A DNA stretch of 64,000 nucleotides, taken from assembly GCF_031769215.1 (NCBI RefSeq), contig NW_026782129.1, positions 372,001 through 436,000 of the forward strand. The letters run 5' to 3'. Source of the stretch: Ylistrum balloti. Its lineage: Eukaryota. Each line of letters opens with the position of its first letter. Positions within the stretch are counted from its first letter, which is position 1. This document shows positions 1 through 13,100 of the stretch, one piece after another. The notes beneath the pieces are model-generated. The model made no database searches, was not told the origin of the DNA, and was given only the letters and a program-made list of their open reading frames with translations. A program made the position numbers and the translations under genes.

Positions 1-1419
1 GAATCTGTTGAGAGGATAGTGTAATGTTCTTTGGATATACTGCATTTCTCCATTAGTTTTCAGCATGATCTACCACACAGATTGTTTAGGTATTGGGGAG
101 AAAGCATAACAAAAGCTCGGAGAAAGAAACCGTTGACGGGCATTCCATAACTTAGTTCTTGATCCTCAACATGATCTATTAATGCTTGGAATACTAATGA
201 TTATTTTAACTAATTCAAGGAATGACGATAAAACGCCTTATACAATGTACCTTATAATGGATGCAGCTGTTCTGTTCGAGGTTTATTAAGCGAGGCTCAG
301 GATGGAAATTATACAAAAAAATATTTTAAAACGGATCAAGTGACAGGTCATTAAGTGTATGCAAGAAGCCACTAGTCTTGAAAATTAAAAATGGCAGTAA
401 CCAATATAAACTAAACGTCAAATAGAAATTTCATTGAAATTGCTTTGCACAAAAAAACGATTGTATCATATACTGGTGTACATTTTTCAACTTTTCAATT
501 GCAATGGTAGTTAAAACTTATTCTTGGCCCTATTGGCCGTCGAGTTTATCGCTACAGTGAAAAGAAGGAAAGTTACTCGGGGAGATTAACTTTACTGAGG
601 TGGACAGCAAGAGAGGTTCTACCGTAATCGTATATCTTGTGCTTATACCACAGCAACATTGCCGGAAGCAGCCGCTTCGTGATAAAACGATTAGTAAGTG
701 TCGGATACTATTCTGCATGCGGAATTATGTTTAAACGGTTCCGTCCTTGGGCATTACTGAAGCATATTTCCAAAATGAACGGAATAGAAAGTCATTTTTC
801 ACAGGAGTTGCTTCCAATTCATCATAGCGATAATCTGTTTTACATTCATGTGCTGAAATCAGTCTTGGGTTTTTGGCTGTCACTATTTTTGATATTCAGT
901 GGCTACGGGTGTCCACTAATTTAGATCGGACATAATTACTTACCTGTTACTTCTTGATCGTTGGTATGAATAGGCTCTTGTAGAGCTCTATCAGCTCAGT
1001 TTGAGAGAGTTACCACTTACTTAGCTTGGATAGATGAATTACTTCGGATTCTTTGGATTTCTTTACTATGGCTCCAATATGTTGATTAGACTTCAATCTA
1101 TATACTTGCATTTTATCCGTCATATCCACTAATACTTTTACAAGTATATAACCTCGGGGAGATATTCTCGTACCTGAACTCTTTTCGCGGGAATTTAAAT
1201 GACTTCTTTAAAGAAAAGATACTGTGCCTGGGTAAGATTTTTTTCAACGCAGGGAAAATGATAATGAAGTAAACTGTTAGTGTTGGGTGTTTGAAACCAG
1301 CAGCGTAAATATTTTGGTAAATGACAGATATATCCTGCTACTATCCAACTAATCCACAGGCACTAGCTTCTTGTCTAAGAGGAATAGGGAAATATAATTA
1401 GTCTTTACTAGAGAGACAG

Positions 1420-2155
1420 GATGACGTCAGCTACATATGTTATCTGGATGACGCATAGAATGATGTCTGTAACGTCTGTCATTCGGACGACTTGACAAAA
1501 TGACGTCCGTTACGTCAGTCATCTGGGTGACGGATATAATGATGTTTGTTACGTCTGGCATCCGGATGACAGGACAGAATGACTTCCGATAAGTCTGGCA
1601 TCCGGATAACTGATAAAATATCTTCCGCGACGTGTCATTCTGATTACATAATGACGTCCATTACGTCAGTCATCTGGGTGACGGATATAATTATGTTTGT
1701 TACGTCTGGCATCCGGATGACAGGACAGAATGACTTCCGATAAGTCTGGCATCCGGATAACTGATAAAATATCTTCCGCGACGTATCATTCTGATTACAT
1801 AATGACGTCCATTACGTCAGTCATCTGGGTGTCGGATATAATTATGTTTGTTACCTCTGGCATCCGGATGACAGGACAGAATGACTTCCGATAAGTCTGG
1901 CATCCGGATAACTGATAAAATATCTTCCGCGACGTGTCATTCTGATTACATAATGACGTCCAGTACGTCAGTCATCTGGGTGACGGATATTATTATGTTT
2001 GTTACGTCTGACATCCGGATGACAGGACCGAATGACTTCTGATACGTCTGGCATCCGGATGACAGGACAGAATGACTTCTGTTACGTCTGCAATCCGGAT
2101 GTCAGGATAGAATGACTTCTGTTATGTTTGCAATCCGGATTACAGAATGACGTCA
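1420..2155. repeat. Higher-order minisatellite: 151-bp unit (about 3.5 copies) built from about 40-bp monomers
   Basis: TGACGTCC recurs at 1501, 1652, 1803 and 1954. 40-bp monomers GTTACGTCTGGCATCCGGATGACAGGACAGAATGACTTCT are visible at 2001-2150. Confidence 0.92.
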
Positions 2156-2744
2156 TTGGATACGTATCATAAATAGAACATTGTCAGCAGTTACATTATT
2201 AGCCTTTCATTTGAAAATAACCTTTTTTGTCAGAGATTTGAATGATTCGGTCTATGATTTTATCAAGTTATAAAAGTTTTCTCTGTGTATTTATTTGAAA
2301 GAACTTGAAAAACGCAAACTCCAGTAATATACACAATGATATCTAACATTTCCAAAATATTCAAGGTTTATCAAAACTGTTCACATTTTAAAATTAAACG
2401 GACTCCCCCTACATTCAATGACTATTGAGTTGTTGTCGGCACTCCGTCACACCGTTATGTCTTGACTCATTCCCGCGAATATTCTGGCATGGAGGACGTC
2501 GTCAACTTCCGACGCTTAAACCACAGTACTAACTGATGTTAATCAAAGAATGTTTATACTTAAAAGATATTCAAACAAATGTCAGCACAATATTCGACGC
2601 ATGCTGGTTTGTTGAGAAGCTGATCTGAATGAAACAAAATTCTCTCTTGTGTAAAAGACAAGGATAGGAGTACTTCCTTGAGGTATGTCATCCGCGTACT
2701 TTTGGGTGCAGTGATGGATCTTGCTGGATTGTATTCTTTTCAGA

Positions 2745-3440
2745 CTTCAATGTTTGTGTTAACGAGTATGTTTATGGTGACATCAGTTAAAGCACACAGA
2801 CTGCTAACTAGTTTCCCAAGAGCAGTTTTAGGAGCAACGTCACCATATTAAATCGTTGTCTTAGTGATAAGGCCTCACCACCAAGGAGTTGAACTGTCTA
2901 AAATGTAGAATTTCCAATGATAAGGATGCCAACGAACAAGAAAGAGGAGGTGCATACAGATATCAAAGTGTCAAACACAATTAGCCAGTTCCTGAAAAAC
3001 CGTTTGTAACATGTCTAGTAAATAGTAACAGAAGAGCTTGGCACTTTGTTAGAGATGGCGGATTAAAAAAAAAAATAGCAGCCAATGCATTACAACATTT
3101 TATTTTTTTATTGAGTTATCATAGTATTAGGATAGGGAATTAATCCGTATAATCTACGTAATGATTATAGTCACTATACACGTACTCGCTCCCGTTATCT
3201 TTCATGTAGTGGTACATTCCATCTGCTATTGGCCAACTTTCTTTCACGTCAGCACGTCACATTAAATTTTTCTCATCAGTATAATAGCGGGTCCATAGTA
3301 GTCATAACCTTATGTGCTTTCCTGCCTAACCAGGCCAGCATGCTTTCAACGATACTAGTAAATCTTTCACGGTACCCAAGGAAAGGGAAAGCCACCGTCA
3401 CAAAAATAACACCATCCTTATATACATCCCACATTTACAC
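2745..3440 (-). pseudogene. Decayed paralog of the Kv channel exon 2 (S1, S5, pore and S6 remnants)
   Basis: An acceptor ttttcag lies at 3441. The region at about 3390-3365 reads LSLSLGTVKD (intact gene: LNLSLGTVDS). 2898-2745 reads DSSTPWW*GLITKTTI*YGDVAPKTALGKLVSSLCALTDVTINILVNT versus intact PDSWWWGIITMTTVGYGDVVPKTVFGKIMGCICALCGV...VFVNT. Stops fall at 2877-2875 and 2850-2848. An S5-like VGILIIGN and an NKVPS remnant occur in shifted frames. Confidence 0.85.
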
Positions 3441-3699
3441 CTGAAAATTAGGAATGGTCACATTAACAAGAAGCCAGTTCCGCATCGTGTAACACGCTGT
3501 TTTAACAGTGAATAGAATGAAGGAAGCGGAGAAAACTTTATCTAAATAAAGGATCACACCTAAGAAATTTGACAAAATCAAGTCGTCAAGGTCGACAATG
3601 AAAAAAAAAGAGAAATAATTAAAGCAAACATGTGGTCAATAAAATACAGATAATGATGGGACTGAAACTAAGAGACAGAAATTCATTGATTTATACAAA

Positions 3700-3920
3700 G
3701 GAGTGTAGTCATGTCATCCAAACGTATCTCTGATACAGTAGTGTTGTCATGTCATCCAAACGTATCTCCGATATAGAAATGTAGTCGTGTCATCCAAACG
3801 TATCTCCGATACAGATGTGTAGTCATGTCATCCAAACGTATCTCCGATACAGAAGTGTAGTCATGTCATCCAAACGTATCTACGATACAGATGTGTAGTC
3901 ATGTCATGCAATCGTATCTC
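3700..3920. repeat. 38-bp minisatellite, about 6 copies, with degenerate copies at about 4340-4410
   Basis: AACGTATCTC recurs at 3721, 3759, 3797, 3835, 3873 and 3911 (variant). Confidence 0.92.
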
Positions 3921-4704
3921 AAATAAGGTAGCAACAGATCGTCGTCGGCTCCCTGTCGACGGTTTTGTCCCTTGCTTGCTGATGCTATTCGTCAAGAATG
4001 ATCACGAATTCCACAAATGGCTATACGGCACCCGATTCGCAGCATGCCAAGCCGACGTCATGTCGTTACTAGGGTAAATGGAGGGCACAGTCACTAATGA
4101 TAGTGTTACTGAACCCATGGAAGTATTTTGAATTTTCAGTGCCATTGGGAATTTTAATTTATTTTCGAGAGTTACACTTTTCATGCAATCATACACGACA
4201 TGCTTCAGTAAGATTAATTCAAAATGGGTCAAAATTGCTTTTTATTGTTGGACGTATTTCATATTAAAAACCTTTTCGCCTTTTGATACAGATGATATAT
4301 CTTTTAAAAGTGACCCCTAACTTGTTGTGCACAGAATAGATGTCATCCAAACGTATCTCCGTTTCAGGAGTGTAGTCAAGTCATCCTTACGTATGTGAAA
4401 TAGGAGTGTATTCAAGACATTCAATTTATATTTATGAAATCTATTGAAGTCTGTGTCTAGTGAAACTTCTTATATAAAAAAAAATTATGGCATTTCTGAA
4501 GATCACTTTGGATTTTCCTTAGTCGCCTCCAAGATTTCAACGTTTAGTCCTTTAGCTCAAATGGCGAATTTTAGAACGACGAAAAAGCTCTGTGATATAG
4601 TTGATTGCGCTATTGGCTCTGCTGTATAGTCTTTAGTAGGATCTTCTAAGTCTAATTCTACATTTGTACGAAAAGGTGCTGTTCTGCAATTTTCGAAACT
4701 GCAG

Positions 4705-5385
4705 TTGGTAGACACTGCTGGTGCAGCTGGTAAACACTGTTGGTGCAGGTGTTCGACACTGCTGGTAAACACTGTAGGTAAACACTGCTGGTGCTGCATG
4801 CAAACACTGCTCGTGCAGGTGTTCGACACTGCTGGTAAACACTGTAGGTAAGCACTGCTGGTTCGACACTGCTGGTGCTGCATGCAAACACTGCTCGTGC
4901 AGGTGTTCGACACTGCTGGTGCGGCTGGTAAACACTGCAGGTGCTGCATGCAAACACTGCTAGTGCAGGTGTTCGACACTGCTGGTGCTGCATGCAAACA
5001 CTGCTGGCGCAGGTGTTCGACACTGCTGGTGCTGTTGGTAAACACTGCTGTTGCAGGTGTTCGACACTGTTGGTATTGCTGGTAGACACTGCTGGTTCTG
5101 CTGGTAGACACTGCTGGTGCAGGTGAGCGACACTGCTGGTGCAGGTGAGCGACACTGCTGGTGCAGGTGATCGACAATGTTGGTGCTGCTGGTAAACACT
5201 GCTCGTGCAGGTGTTCGACACTGCTGGTGCTGCATGCAAACACTGCTCGTGCAGGTGTTCGACATTGCTGGTGCTGCATGCAAACACTGCTGGTGCAGGT
5301 GATCGACAATGTTGGTGCTGCTGGTAAACCATGCTTGTGCTGCTGGTAAACACTGCTGGTTCAGGTGTTAGACAGTGCGGGTGCT
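4705..5385. repeat. GC-rich variant minisatellite of 22-bp monomers, often alternating as a 44-bp dimer, with 13-bp truncated variants
   Basis: Blocks ACACTGCT(G/C)GTGCAGGTGTTCG and ACACTGCTGGTGCTGC(ATGC/TGGT)AA alternate. This explains the many overlapping Cys/His-rich ORFs in the track. Confidence 0.92.
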
Positions 5386-7146
5386 GTGGGAAGCCTGTTT
5401 ACTTCTTGAGGTATGTCGTATCTACATGCCACGTTTTAACTAATTCAAAATATACACACGTACTTGACTTTTTCCCTGAAATTATAGGATTTCGGATAAT
5501 ATTTATACTCCACGACAGAAAAGTGACCGATAATGCAGAAACATCAAGTGTCATACAATGTTAGTTATGTATCAATCGCTTGAAGAAAAAAGTGTTTGAA
5601 GAAGGAAATAAAAAGTAGGATGTTGAGGTGGAAAAAAACCCCTGAAACTTTGTGGTTATTTTTTGTTTGTTAGGAAAATGGAAGACAAATATTTGACAGA
5701 TACATTGATAGTTGATACAATTTTATTGACTTCAAAAGAAATTTAAATGAAATAGTACACATGATGATAAATCGTTTGAAAACTCAGCCGATAACACATT
5801 GTAAAATACTTTTCTCCTCGGGCTTTCAGGTATATATTAAATAAATGTTCATATATCAAAACCAGATAGACATAGCGGTATGTGACGATTCGTATTATTT
5901 TGTAACTCAATGCATATACGCTTCATTAATAATTTGTCTGATTAAGGTGTTGGCGTAAACGACAAACAGGAATTTTCTATCTTGTTGTAATAAATGGACA
6001 TCTAAATCTGTAAAAACATTATCCATTGTGCCATCGTCTCCTACTAGAAGATTTGTTCGACTTTTCTTGTAACGTCACTACTGCACTGTGTGAAAACAAA
6101 GGAAAATGAAAGTTATGCAGTTGACCAAAGTTTGATAAAAGTTACAAAACACGAAACTGGAATATGATAGATAAATATCTCACAAATAGTTGAAACAGCT
6201 GACAGCACGTTGGATATGTTTCAAACTTCCAAATGAACGATTGGCCTATCCTGATTATTCTCTGTATAAAAACTTTCATGACAATGGAATGAAAATAAGA
6301 AAAAGAAAATTGATCTTAAAATGTATCTTTTCATTTTCTATCCGTGTGTTTAAGACTGGATACTCTACACTGAAATGTCTTTTTGGTATGTAAACAAAGC
6401 AATCTTCAAAATCACGAAAGAGATTCAACAGTATACATGTTATTTTACATCGTACAAAATATGGCATCTACACTTAGTGAAATTGAATGGAATATGGGAC
6501 GACTCAAAAACTACACAGCCAAGAAATAAATTCAAAATTGAAGTACTACATAAGTGTTTGGTCCATAATCATTACATGTCGCATATTCAGGCGACAGCAA
6601 AACAATGTTTATATCAATTTTCTCACTTTTCTCCATTGTACAAAGTTTCCATCTTGAGAGACGACAATAAATTCTGAGAAAAGATAACTTCAACAACCAT
6701 AAAAATGAATTCAGCTGAATTGAAAATTATCAACTCAAAATTAAATTATTGTTTTATAAACTATCACATTTTCATGGAAGTCATAAAATGGCCTTTCCAT
6801 AAATTAATTGCGTTTGGTTTATATCATACCTACGATAAAACATCCATTGACCATATATTTATATACATAAATACATACATGTACATCTGTATTATAGTTC
6901 ACGTAACAACACAGTTCCTGCCGATGAAGTAATAACAGCACATCGTTAAAAGCCTACCACTCTTTCACAGACTTTATTAAATGCATATGCTTGATTTTTT
7001 TTTCCTCTACATTTTTTTTGTCTAAATATTTTATTAACACACCGACTGAATACAGACCAATCACGCTTCGTATTTCCTTCGTGCCTATAACTATACTCCA
7101 GATAATACCTGGTCTTGTCTAATGAGGTCCGCATTCTTTAATCAGG

Positions 7147-10100
7147 TCACTTCCTGTTTGGTTGCAGTCTTGCCATTTTTGTAAAGTCTGATTCTGTGTC
7201 AAGTTGTGTTGTTCCAGACGACTTCTTCACCGTTATAGAGGTTGGACTGATCTGATTTTGTTTTGGTTTTAGATACGTGTTGTGAATACGTGAGATTTGA
7301 TAGAGTAAAATGAAAGTATTCACAAAAACAGGTACTGTAAGAGAGAGCGACAGAACCCCGCACAGTGCACATATGCATCCCATTATCTTTCCGAACACAG
7401 TTTTTGGAACGACATCTCCGTATCCTACGGTTGTCATGGTGATAATTCCCCACCACCATGAGTCTGGCATGTTCGTAAAAGTGCTGCTATCCTCAGAAAA
7501 ATAAGCAAAATTTGAGAAAATTACGACACCAACGAGAACGTACAACAGTAAAACCACGAGATCTGTGAAGTTGTTTCTTATAGTATATCCGAGTACCTGT
7601 ATGGATGGAACTTTGTTGACAAATCTCAAGATCCTCAATACACGAAGCATTTGTAGGTAGTACAACATTTTAATACCCTTGTCAGAATACCGGTATTTAG
7701 CGAACCAGCTTTCTATAACGACATCAACGACAGCGGTTACCAGAACCAAGATGTCAATTACATTAAGTGGACTCATGAAATATCGTTTAAAACTAGGGCA
7801 GCTGCACAAGCGTACAACTAATTCAACAAAGAAAATGACCAGAAGGACAAAGTCAATAACTATCAATGAAGCATGTCGTACTTTATGTTGAGTTAGATTT
7901 TGAAATTTGTCCAAAGTTCTCTTCAATTCATCCGGAGAGTATTCTATATCTCCGTATGTATTGTCTGTGTTGTTTCTTTCTTCGGCTTCTTCAATATATA
8001 CAGAAATTTCTTCTAAAACACATTCCCAGGTGTCAACACAGTTTGTCTCATCTAAAATATCGATAATATCTTGATAATCTTCACCTTCCTGACTAGCCAG
8101 GTCGGCAAGATGACTGCGGAGAGAGTCCAGGTTGATGCGCTGCTTCAATGAATCTACAGTTCCAAGTGACAAATTGAGGATAGATACCACGACACAGGCC
8201 ACTAAAAACCCCATCACAATCTGAAAAGAATAACCAACAAAAATGTTTTGATAGATAAGTAAAGAATAAAAATATCCAGTATTGCTTTCGTTTATAACAT
8301 GTCTTGGCTATTTTGCATTTGCGCAGCACACAACCATAACAATAGCTTGTTTACTTGTTACCTATTTTTCCGCTGTTCCCAAGGACACATAATTTATGAA
8401 AACAATTAATGATATTTGACCGCTGACACTCCCTGAGTACCCAGGGTCAAATTATGCAGTTTAAACCTTGAACTGATGAACTTTAACTGTTGAGCGTTGA
8501 CAATTGTGAACCTGAACTTTTGAACTTGTGAAATTGATTTGATGTTCTTGAACATGAATCTTGTGTTGTGAGAGCTGAACAAGTACGTAGCGCCAGCCCG
8601 AAGAAAGACTGCGTGACCAAAATACGCCACAAAGGAAGCTTTAGATAAAATAATGTATTTTTGAAAATTTTGTTTTGTAGTTGTCTTCTCTTTCATAACA
8701 AGTTTTGTTTGCTCGTATATCTTAAGCTGATATTGCATTTAGACTTTTAAAAATTTAACTTACGTATATATTTATAATCCATATTGCCATGGCTAGTTGA
8801 TTCATTCACACAATCCCTGTGCATCTTTATATTTTTAAAATAGATTACAATATTTTCTTCATGAACTCTTTTCTACGTAGAGGTTATGTACATCTAATTA
8901 TAAAAAATATAGTAACGATATATAAATACAGATAATATTTGTATGTTTGTTTGTTGACCAATTAATTAAATAATTAATTATATATACAAGTTTGGGAAGA
9001 TATCGGACATAGGTTTACAGGAATCAGAAACAGGAACAGCACCAAATGCATTTCATCACAGAGGTCTGATGTAGGAAGTATCACACTCGTTCTTCAGATG
9101 GCTGATTGTATACAACACAACCCTATGTCATCCTGAGCTTGACTTGGCTATCAAACCATGTCATGAAGTGGTAAGCACTGACATATGCTAAGCATTATGT
9201 ACCACCAGGAACAAAAAGAGAGAAAATAATGATGTAGTCTGTAAAAAGACGACAGATATCGTCCTCAAGCCGTAATGAGTGCGCTAAATATTTATAAAAC
9301 ATCGGAATACCTTTGAGACGACACAAACAAAAAAAGGAAACACGTTTTACAATTAATCTTTAAATCACACATATTTAAAAAGGACAATAACTAACAAATT
9401 TTGAATTTTTAAAAATACGGCTGAGTGCTTTACACTTTAAGTTGTTAACTATCACATGCATGCATATAAGGGTGCGTGTGAGTATGTGTTTTCTGTCGAA
9501 ATTGTCCGGGGGAATGGAATCGAGATGAAGCTGTAATTATTTTACTACTACCAGGCCGATTTTAACACAAATAGTTTTTCTGATAACGACAGAAAAAGTA
9601 CATTGTTTGGCGCTTGATGTATTCAAGAGTGAATATTTTGTTTTTATCAACAGAGCACGATATGTTTGACATATCGATCACACGATCATAAACCTGAAGA
9701 AGATAGGTCGCTCTTTTCCTGGCCACAATGCCGGACATTTACTAACCTCTAGTGATGCCTTTTGTCCTCAAAAAACTTAGATTACTCGTCCATACTATTA
9801 ATTTTTGAACATGTTATTATTTTTAACAAATGTGTTGTTTTCTGGCTAGGCTACTGGGAATTCTGGCTCATTCAGTAACCCGAGAAGCAATTCAATATCC
9901 ATTAACGAGTCTTCCATGTAAATGAATTATTAATATTAATAAGCGATTTTTTTTTACTATATACAATACAAAACGATATCACATTCATGGAAATTTATAT
10001 GGCAAAAAGTCAGTGTGATTATCGTAGCGATGGAAACCATTTGGTTTCATTTATGTTAAAACTTTTACGGAATTGCATTTCCTTTGAAAAACATGTACCT

Positions 10101-13100
10101 TAACACTTCCTTCTGCAGACACCATTTACCCGGAAAGCATTAAATAAAGACGCCTTTAAAACGCGCTTGCGCTGTGCACGTGATACTACCTCAAATATCC
10201 ATGTAGCCCAAAGTGTAATATAGCGTTATGAATTGATATACAAATAAGTATGATGTAAATGTAGCACAAAATCTATACTTCAACAAAATTAATCTTTGAT
10301 CTATCGAGAATCACTCAGCTTAGTCAAACGTCAATATGTTTTCCAGTCGTACAGGGACTAGATAATCATAACAATTCAGTCTGGGTAGTTTATTAATAGT
10401 CTTTCAGGTGATCACTGTATGTACTCGTATTGATTTTCCATAAATTGTTTGAATCCCATTAGAAATCACTAATCAAGCCCTAACAGCGAACTCATTCTGA
10501 CAGAGACCATGCAGTGTCTCTAAACCTCGACCCAGTTACAGCTGCCATACGGAAGCATGCCGTGGGCATGCTGTTGGGAACTTATAAATCAATTCAATGT
10601 ACCATCTATTTTTTGTCGATGTGTTTCACTAGACAAATACTATGGAATTACGATAGAAAAAAATAGGATGTTAGATTTTAGTTCCGAGTCTTGAAGAATT
10701 GAGAAATTTTTCGAATCTCCGAAACGTGATCTCGAAGTGCATATCACAGACCTGATGATGTCGCACCGCTTCATCCAGTGCAACCACAAAATACATTTGG
10801 AATTATTTAAACTATTTTCTCAACCGTACACCTCAGATATAATTAAATGTTGGAACAACAGTTAAGAAACAAAATCAGTTGATTATGAGATGTTTTACAA
10901 CTTTGGTATTAACTAAGCGTATCAGGTGCGTCTGGCCTTCCGTCACATCACATTTCAAAAATCAATGTCACTTAGTAGATATCGAGCTCTATGTAATTGG
11001 AAAAGCACAATATGTGATACTGCTATGAACACCACGGCTAATTTTCTATCCTGCTGGGAGGTAGTAAATAAAACATATGATCAAATTTCCTGCTTTAACA
11101 ATGGGAAAGTTTATACTTTTGGAGCATCACTTAAATATATAACAAGATTTACTTCCACAGCATCAATGTAATGGAAATAATTATTAATTTAAATGTCTAC
11201 GGCGAAGCTAATTAGAATCATTCCCGAGTCCTTACATGGGTGCCACAGTTCTAGCGGTCATTATTTAATTTCTATTTCAATGTCCCCGGTAAGGATCGAA
11301 CCCAGGACATCTGGAACAAGTGGTATTATACGGCCAGTAGATCATCAAATTGTAAACGTAAACACTCAATTCCTGGATAAACTACATTCATAAGCTAACA
11401 TCAGTTATAATATATTTTGAGGGGATTTTAATGAGCCGTGTCCAACTTCAGAATAAGTGTTAGAAAGACCATTATCGAGTCTATTGTCGACAGAGATTTT
11501 ACATAGGAAAAGGTTTCCGAGCATCAAAATGCTATAAAATTTCAAAATACATATAAAAATGAAAAATTTAATAAAGACACACAAAAACAATAAAAAAAAA
11601 ACAAATAAAAATCAGTTTTATTAAGGGGAAAATACGTCATGTTATGTTTTACACATTTGCATATGGAATGTGACGGGTACATTCATGAATGAAATTGAAT
11701 GACTGAAAAAGACGCGAACTAGATGTGAATGACGTCACGTCATGTCACGCCAGCTGTAATGCAAAGTGATTTGTTAAAAATAATCCGTCACAAAGTTTAT
11801 ACGTTGATGTGTTATTTTTGATTTTGAAACCTATCTAAAAAAAATAATTATAAGCTTTGAATATTTATAGGTTAGCTGTTGGTCTAGACAATGTGGGGAC
11901 ACATGCAAATGTAAAACGGCGTCATATTAAATCTATGCTGGCTACAGGTACACCATTGGACAACAAAACTGAAGGTGAACTCAGATAATTTCAATTTGAA
12001 GGGTAAGAGTGTTATCAACAAATAGTTGTATCTGTATCGTTTTACCTCATATGTGCTACTATGTAATGCCCGTAGCGTCTAAAGTGCCCACTGAACAACA
12101 CTCCGATTGCGTCTTCGATGTTACTCTAAAAAAATCGCAAATTATTAACGAATTGTCATATCAAGCTCGTTCACGTGCCAAGGTACATCAACATTACCCA
12201 AGTTAAAATAAACTGTTTGGCAACATTCCGTTTATAAATTAATATTTTTGAACTTTTCAAAATCAGTGCAAGATGACATCGTTCATGTGCAGTAGTTATG
12301 TATACTGCTATGTTAGGAATGCCAAGATTATAACATTACTTAACGCATCAACGCCAAACTAGGCTTACGAACTCAGAGCAATGTGATTTGAAGGCTGGTC
12401 ATGGTGTATAGCGTCTTGTGCTACCTTCGATGAATGTTAAGATTTCAAGGTTAACAGATAAACGTCATAAGGCTTGTGTCCCATTTCATACATTATAGAT
12501 GCCCTCAGAAGATAAAACAATATCCTTGCCCTTGATCATCGATTTTTATTAACTTCAATATCCAGGTTATAATATATATTGTCATATATCTTTTGCCGTT
12601 TTATGACCAGTAGTGATAGCCTTTGATGACTTGGATTTTCACATTCTAAAGATCATCAGCATTACCAAAGACCTGCGGTATCTCTTGGACAACTTTTCTA
12701 GCTTAAATCAAAGTAAGCGACTTACAGATAACAAAATGTTATCTCATGCAATTCAAGTTTCAACGATCATCATCTTCAGCCAAGACTAAATATGACGACT
12801 GAACAACATTCGGTATATGCACATTTTGACCATTTTCAATACTCAAATTCTAAAACATGTTGTCAGGATTTTTGTATCTTATTTTTTTTTCCAATTTTCT
12901 TTCCGACAGAAAATTGAAAAATGCGGAATAAACCCATGTCTCAGAACCATGAAACTAAGATATGCCAAAACTAAGTTGATATATGAAATGTTGTCTAGTG
13001 GGTATCTTAAGTCCGGAATGTTGTCCATTGGGTATCTTAAGTCTGGAATGTTGTCCAGTAGGTATCTTAAGCCTAGAATGTTGTCCAGTGGGTATATAAA

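Noticed and set aside
530-1000. Minus-strand donor CAG|GTAAGT near 946 and a downstream ORF with FRQCCCG, resembling a terminal exon
   Set aside because: The upstream segment has stops in all frames within about 55 nt and there is no recognisable homology. It could be a UTR or non-coding exon, but this is unsupported.
4002-4700. Possible T1-domain exon of the Kv pseudogene
   Set aside because: The translations I checked show no T1 motifs beyond chance 3-4 residue matches.
4557-5353. Long Cys/His-rich ORFs (250, 231, 107 and 106 aa) resembling metal-binding proteins
   Set aside because: They are translation products of the 22-bp minisatellite in several frames, with no splice signals or domain logic.
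2672-5417. Shared 13-nt CTTGAGGTATGTC near 2677 and 5405
   Set aside because: Too short, with no extended flanking similarity. It may be chance or a very old repeat.
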